Of a stretch of DNA of 64,000 nt, positions 58,234 to 64,000 are shown piece by piece (position 1 is the first letter of the stretch; every line of letters begins with the position of its first letter). The DNA is from Paraphysomonas bandaiensis (taxonomy: Eukaryota; Protista; Chrysophyceae): positions 78,915 to 142,914 of the forward strand of contig CBFFRP010000039.1 of assembly GCA_965644295.1 (NCBI GenBank). Direction: 5' to 3'. A model generated the notes under the pieces. The model made no database searches. It saw only the letters and a program-made list of their open reading frames with translations, and had not been told where the DNA came from. A program made the translations under genes and the position numbers.

Positions 58234-59946
58234 ATGAGTTCTACTTTGGATGTGGATCTTGAAGGTGACGGTGATGGATATTCTGGGACATTTCGCTGGA
58301 AAAAATCTAAAAAACTGGGCAGCATGCCACAGTGTAGCACACACGTTAAATTGGATGTGTCCGGAGGATGGATGGAGTATTTTCTTAGTCGAGGAAAGGA
58401 CGACGACGAAAGCGTATCTCTCGTAGGGTATGCACAATCTGATTTGTCTCTTATTGACTGCTTGTCGACACCTTTAACAATCGCTAAAATGCTTACAACA
58501 TCCGAAATATACAAGCCCGATGAGCCAATGGAGAGTCTAAATATTGTATGTATTGGAGCATCCTCAAAAGCAGAGGGTAGAGTTTTACTTGAAACCAATT
58601 GCTTTAACGAAATCTCATATGCATTCATCGGCATAAAGGACATAAATCTCTATCTTGTAGGGCCTGAAATGTCAACTGTTCCGAAATCTTTAATCCTCAC
58701 GCATTCGCTACGGGCGCATGTATATCAAGGCACAAGTATGGAATTTTTTCGTGCACATCCGGCATTACTTGCCTCTCATACAGTTGTGGTTGGACTTAAT
58801 TGCGGATTTGGAAATTGGGAGAACCCAGCAGCTGTCCGCTACAATCTATTATTCCAGTGGTTGATGGATCTCTACTTCCTCACTGCTACCCAACTGCCTT
58901 TATTTTTTACATGTGCAAACGATTATGCGGATCTCATTGGGGAAATTGCTGTGATGCAAAAAATAATGGGGTGTTACTTTTTATGTCCCCCTATGGCGAA
59001 TACTTTCGAGTATGCCTCCACTATGATATCTCCTCCATCTAAGTCTGCGGTCAAGGTTCGAAAAAAGGATAGCCCGAAGTGTAAAGGGGTCCAGGAATTA
59101 CAGGAAGGAGAGTACAGCAGGGGAAATTCGTATTGGTATGCGGTACAGGGAAGTGATCGTAAGCGGAGGAGGAGAGTGGTAGTTGGAGATACCAAGACGC
59201 TGATTCACATTCTCAAGACTGTCCCGTTGATTCCTTGCGAGCAACTACGCCCCCCTGTGAAAATAGCTTCCAGTACTTCTATCAAAGATCTTGCCGTCTC
59301 CTCGTTCGATGAAAATATTCACGAAAGGGTTGTAAATGGGAAGAATATTGTGACTGATGAGACAACCCTTAGAGGTTCGAATGTGCCGTCAGCAGAAAGC
59401 AGGTTACATAGCTCAGAGTTCCGCAACCCTCATTTTAATGTGAAGTGTAAATCGGATGTGAAGCTGTCATCTGAAGCGGATAACGACCCAGGAGCTGAGA
59501 AGAGTGACGACTATCTTTATGCTTGCACAGCCAAAAGTGCGGCAGAAAACCCTTTAGCAACAACTGTTGAGTCACTGAGAACGAAGAGTCGTAGTAGTGA
59601 TAGTTCATCCACTATGTGTGTGGTGAAAAGTGATCCTTCCACTTCTCCAGCGCGTGCCTCGGAGTCTCCTCGACTATCTAAACCATTCACTTGTAACCAA
59701 ACGGTAGAGAGAAGCTGCGGCGGCACACCTGTGCTTGCCATGAGCTTTTCACTATCTGTTCCAGTGATATCTATATCAGACATATGCTTGGATCTTTGCC
59801 AAAATGCCCAGTCATTCAGAGTGTCAGTGGCGGGTTACGTTGAAGATATCCCGTTATTAATGAAGGTTGACCCCAACTCGATACGTGCAAAATTTAGCAA
59901 GAAGAAAAAGTTACTTCGAGTTAGTGCAGGTATTAGAGATTCATAA
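58234..59946 (+). CDS. Protein with an MSS51 C-terminal-like domain and a C-terminal PIH1/CS-like domain
   Basis: IVCIGAS..AE, LYLVGPEM, GLNCGFG, PLFFTCAN, P..N.F; C-terminus IPL..KVDPNSIRAKFSKKKKLLRVS. 5' end uncertain. Confidence 0.6.
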   Translation: MSSTLDVDLEGDGDGYSGTFRWKKSKKLGSMPQCSTHVKLDVSGGWMEYFLSRGKDDDESVSLVGYAQSDLSLIDCLSTPLTIAKMLTTSEIYKPDEPMESLNIVCIGASSKAEGRVLLETNCFNEISYAFIGIKDINLYLVGPEMSTVPKSLILTHSLRAHVYQGTSMEFFRAHPALLASHTVVVGLNCGFGNWENPAAVRYNLLFQWLMDLYFLTATQLPLFFTCANDYADLIGEIAVMQKIMGCYFLCPPMANTFEYASTMISPPSKSAVKVRKKDSPKCKGVQELQEGEYSRGNSYWYAVQGSDRKRRRRVVVGDTKTLIHILKTVPLIPCEQLRPPVKIASSTSIKDLAVSSFDENIHERVVNGKNIVTDETTLRGSNVPSAESRLHSSEFRNPHFNVKCKSDVKLSSEADNDPGAEKSDDYLYACTAKSAAENPLATTVESLRTKSRSSDSSSTMCVVKSDPSTSPARASESPRLSKPFTCNQTVERSCGGTPVLAMSFSLSVPVISISDICLDLCQNAQSFRVSVAGYVEDIPLLMKVDPNSIRAKFSKKKKLLRVSAGIRDS

Positions 59947-61479
59947 ATTAATTTGGGACATAAAATGTTAACATCAACGCAATTTAGTTGCTCTCTAATA
60001 AATTGATTAGACATATGCTATATTGCGACTTTTGTTGACATCATCATTATCTTTGTCAAAGTCATATTCATCAGTTTTAATTATACAATAATCTTCATTA
60101 TCAGAAATTGACATTGTTAGCAGTTTAAGTAAGTAATGAAATTTAGCTGAACACATTAATCTGAAAACTATAAAACCCGAAGAAGTATGAAAACTAAAAC
60201 CTCAATTTTTTGGAATTGTGTAAATTATTTTTCATACTTCGGATAGTTTTGATTCAGCTCCCTCCCAGGATCTCATAGCACACAAGTATAATTTTTCGAA
60301 ATAGGTAAAAGTACAAAACTCTAAAAAAAACTTATTTTAAGTACAAAGTGTAAGCATAAAAATCCATCATATTACTGGAACTGTTGAATTTGGGATAGAA
60401 CAAGAACACGCATAGTATAAGAAAGTCTGATTATTACATGAGAACGGTTGTGTACAGAAACTAGTTTTACATCTATAGACTGACTAAAAACTGGGGACTT
60501 GCTATAGACTACTAGTAGCGGGCATCCGTCTCTTGTGCATCGCTGCAAGCACGGTGCAACCGTCCCTTGTAGTGAGGTTAGTCGGGAGGTCTGCCTTTGG
60601 GCAATGTGTCTGGCGGGCTTGTGCCACGGGTTATGTGAGGAATGTGTGGGGCGAGATGTATATGAGAGTGTAAGTCGGCGATGGAGATGGTTCTGCTTGT
60701 TGAGGTGGGGTTTCGGCCACAAAAAAAGAGGAGTTGTTTTCGGAGTGGTTGCGCTTGTCTCTGTCGTGTTCGGACTCTTCCAGAGGATGGAATTCTTGAG
60801 GTGGATGTCGCATGGAGTATTTTGAGTATCCTGGGACTGACGTTGCTGTGAGTGTGTCGGTGTCGTAAGCGGTGTGCAACTGATGTTCGAGCAGTGAGCT
60901 GGATATGTGGCGTCCGAATGCATCAGCAATTGTGTAGGCGGTCCAGTAGCGCTCAACCTGGGGGGTGTTTGGATTTCATGGGGCTTTTGCTAGTTTGATT
61001 ATGGCGGTGTGAAACCAGGGATGGGGGAACGTACGCGTGCGAAAACTCATAGTATACTGACTGGACATTCAATGTACATTAACTAACTGTAATTGTGCTA
61101 TAAAATGGAACGAACTAGACTGAGTCTTGTGTTCAAGGGCAGGCTGAAAGAAGCATTGTCACAAAGACGAAGAAACAGTATATTTCGAAGTGTAAGGTAC
61201 CCACATACATACTAAACAAAGACAAGGATATAAAAAAAGAAGCACTGGTGACTAATGACGATGGTGAACTATCAACCACATTGATGGTGAAGCTTCGCCA
61301 TTGACGTAGTTGTGGCAAAGCTTCTTTTTGCGGCCTCTTCCCAAACTAGGGAATAAAAGGAAAAGAGGAGACGAAATTATTACGGAAAGTGAAGTTGAGG
61401 CAACCAGCAGTGATCATGTTAAAGTAGACAGTCAATACGAAATGAATCCGGGAAAAGATAAAAAGTAACCGTACGTGCA

Positions 61480-62633
61480 CACAGGCTTATCAGAATTACT
61501 CCAAGTATGAGAAAAGTTACTACGAATGGCCTGGGAATGTGCTTCTATTGCAACCTATAAATGCGCAACGGCATCGTGACGTCAAGAGAAGGGAAAAGTG
61601 CATTTAAATTACATTGCTATAAAGGCTATATCTCTTTACAGTCTTCTCGTCGATGCAGTAGGACTGGAATCGATAAATCATTGGATCTTGGTGGCGCAGG
61701 GGAAGTAATAGGAACTCATAGTAGAGATCAAGTTTGCTTGAGAGGCAGAACTCAAGACTGCTATATATATGTTTTCGGAAGCCGATGGAGATGCTTTCGT
61801 AGGTCGTACGACTTCGCAGTTGAATTTAACAGCTGTAAATGTCCTCATTTTGGCCAATCTACACTCTTGGAGTTAGAAAGATGTGGTTGGCTCAAAATAC
61901 TGCCCCCAATGCTTTCAAATAGTGATCAGATTTCTATTTGCACTTCTTTCATCACCACCGAGGTGCGTTATTTGTACGAAATGTCAGCCAATATTGTACT
62001 TTGTATGACGAGAATATACAATCCTGTACTACACTCTCACTCTTCCTCTAGAAAGGCTTGCTTTAACCACTGAATCAATTCCTCAGTAGTTACAATGTTT
62101 GGATCTAGCCAGTCCTCGTCAGACTCATCTCCAAAATCCTGCTGTCGCTGAAACTGAAGCATATCACGCACTGTTGGTGCCATGATTTCTGACCTTATGA
62201 ATTTTGTCCCTTTAGGATCTCTTTTCGAGAGATTTTCACAAAATTCGATGATATCCTCATCTTGCACACTACCTAAGTAGGGAATAGAGTCGGTATTGAT
62301 TACTTCATGTGGAGTGGATTCCGTCGCAATGACTTCATTCAAGTCAATGCGCTCACTCCTGTTGGGGTGCGGATCTCCACTCCTTTGCTTCTTTCTCTTT
62401 GGTTGAGAAGAAGAGAGCTCACGAAATGATACTCCACTCAATTCTCCTTCAGCCTCTACTGATGTCTCAGTTTGAGGAGAAGATTGCATTTGAGATGATG
62501 TTGTTGCATCTCTTGCTCGTTTTCGAGAGGATTCTCTCTCTCTTTTCGTCTTTTTAGACGAAGAACCCGAAGCAGCTAACAATTCCTCTATTTGAGGAGC
62601 TGCTTTTATTTTGCTTCTCTTACTTTCCCCCAT
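61480..62633 (-). pseudogene. Degenerate gag-like / retroelement ORF remnant
   Basis: 198-aa basic/disordered then helical ORF. It continues through stops and frameshifts to a decayed Cys/His knuckle-like stretch near 61520-61580. Confidence 0.35.
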
Positions 62634-62772
62634 AATATTGTTATATCACAGAGATTGAGTACTACTTATTAAGTAATATTACTGTGGGCTTGCATACATA
62701 TGTGTATGTGTGCAAAGCAATACCCAAGTACAGAAGTACAAAATAATGATTATTATCGTATAATGAATCATG

Positions 62773-62857
62773 AATAATACTGTCTACAATATCAACGGCT
62801 AATAATACTGTCTACAATATCAACGGCTAATAATACTGTCTACAATATCAACGGCTA
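62773..62857 (+). repeat. Perfect 28-bp tandem repeat x3
   Basis: aataatactgtctacaatatcaacggct at 62773, 62801 and 62829. Confidence 0.95.
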
Positions 62858-62974
62858 TTGCTAATCCCAACAATCACATTCCCTACAGTTTGTATTCCTA
62901 ACTACATGGTACACGTATACAATACAGTACTGTACTACTAATCATATAATACAGGACATGTACACGTATATATT

Positions 62975-63139
62975 CTATATGTAAGTGGATAGTCCTACAC
63001 TCTTGTCTCTCGTGTTATCAGTGTAGACTATATCGTGAAGTCTCTTACAAGTCATCATTACAGGAAGAAGAGCTGAGTGTGGGATCATAGAAATGATGAG
63101 ATGAAGAACATCATCATTAAGATCAGATATATTCGACAT
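62975..63139 (-). pseudogene. F-box motif fragment (truncated gene or first exon)
   Basis: ISDLNDDVLHLIISMIPHSALLPVMMTCKRLHDIV fits the F-box pattern; no convincing downstream exon. Confidence 0.5.
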
Positions 63140-64000
63140 GTCAACACTGATAATACGCTGAGGGTGTATGAGGCTGATGGAGTGTATATACATACACACT
63201 AATGAGATGAGGATCTATCCATAATCTATACATATATACATATACATATACGTATCGGCAGCCTTTGTATATTTTTGTTCCAAGATGCCTCTAATATTGA
63301 GACAATAATTATGTGTATTTTAGCCGTAGTTGTATTGCAGTAACATAGAGTATATTTGCTTCAATTTATTTCCGAAAATAAGATGCATACGTACATGTAT
63401 ATACAGCAGTAGAGTTGTATATATAGAGATACAGTATACAGTATATATATACTCGTACAATCAGCTCGCGATATGGTCAAATAGGGGGTTTTGGCATAAA
63501 AAAAGCCTATTTCATTTCCCATAGCGGACATTTTTACCTTACCTCATTTATATAAACCCCGAGTTTTTAATAAAAAAAAACTATTTTGGGTGGCTTTTGT
63601 GAAAGTGATAATAGAAGTTAGCAATATATTGCTTGGATACTCTGTATGTGCAGAGAGTACAAGGCGTATGGGCAGTCAGCATGTTATTTTTCGGAAATAA
63701 ATTGAAGCAAATATACTCTATATTACTGCAATACAACTACGGCTAGAATACAGATAATTATTATCTCAATAATAGAAGCATCTTGGAACAAAAATATACA
63801 AACGATGCCAATGCAAACTATACAACACATTCATATATATATACATACTTTACCTCCATATTTTCGTCTGCTGTACATAACGATATCAGTTGAATGCAAC
63901 ATATCGGTACTAAACGTAAGAAATCTTTAAGTACTTTCTTTTGGATGTACAGAAATGGAATTTTATGAAAGAATATAAAGACGGTTATTTTCACAAAATT

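Overview
This is eukaryotic nuclear DNA. It is gene-dense, with short 37-75 nt GT-AG introns, and the gene content suggests a stramenopile-type protist (inference only). There are about 11 host genes: a tandem NDK-like domain protein, an RCC1-repeat protein, a membrane-anchored polysaccharide-lyase-like protein, a Cu-type P1B ATPase, a SAM methyltransferase, an FGGY sugar kinase, RPSA, CCT6, a BEACH/WD40 protein, a secreted TPR-GT41-GT4 fusion and an MSS51C/PIH1-CS protein. Most sit in head-to-head pairs separated by TE-rich spacers. Two things stand out. (1) A ~470-550 bp non-coding retroposon family has at least 8 copies in 64 kb, with 12-13 bp TSDs, 5' truncation, and a 5' end that folds into an HDV-like ribozyme. 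(2) A Ty3/Gypsy chromovirus-like element has intact ORFs. Its gag and pol are in the same frame, separated by a single UGA buried in a long cUUCGg-capped hairpin. It also has an IFDN RT active site in place of YxDD, a CCCH Gag finger and an extra post-chromodomain module. The window also holds hAT elements (one with a perfect 8-bp TSD), nested Harbinger-type MITEs, tandem repeats and an 8-nt micro-exon. All calls come from reading the sequence by eye; no searches or folding programs were run.
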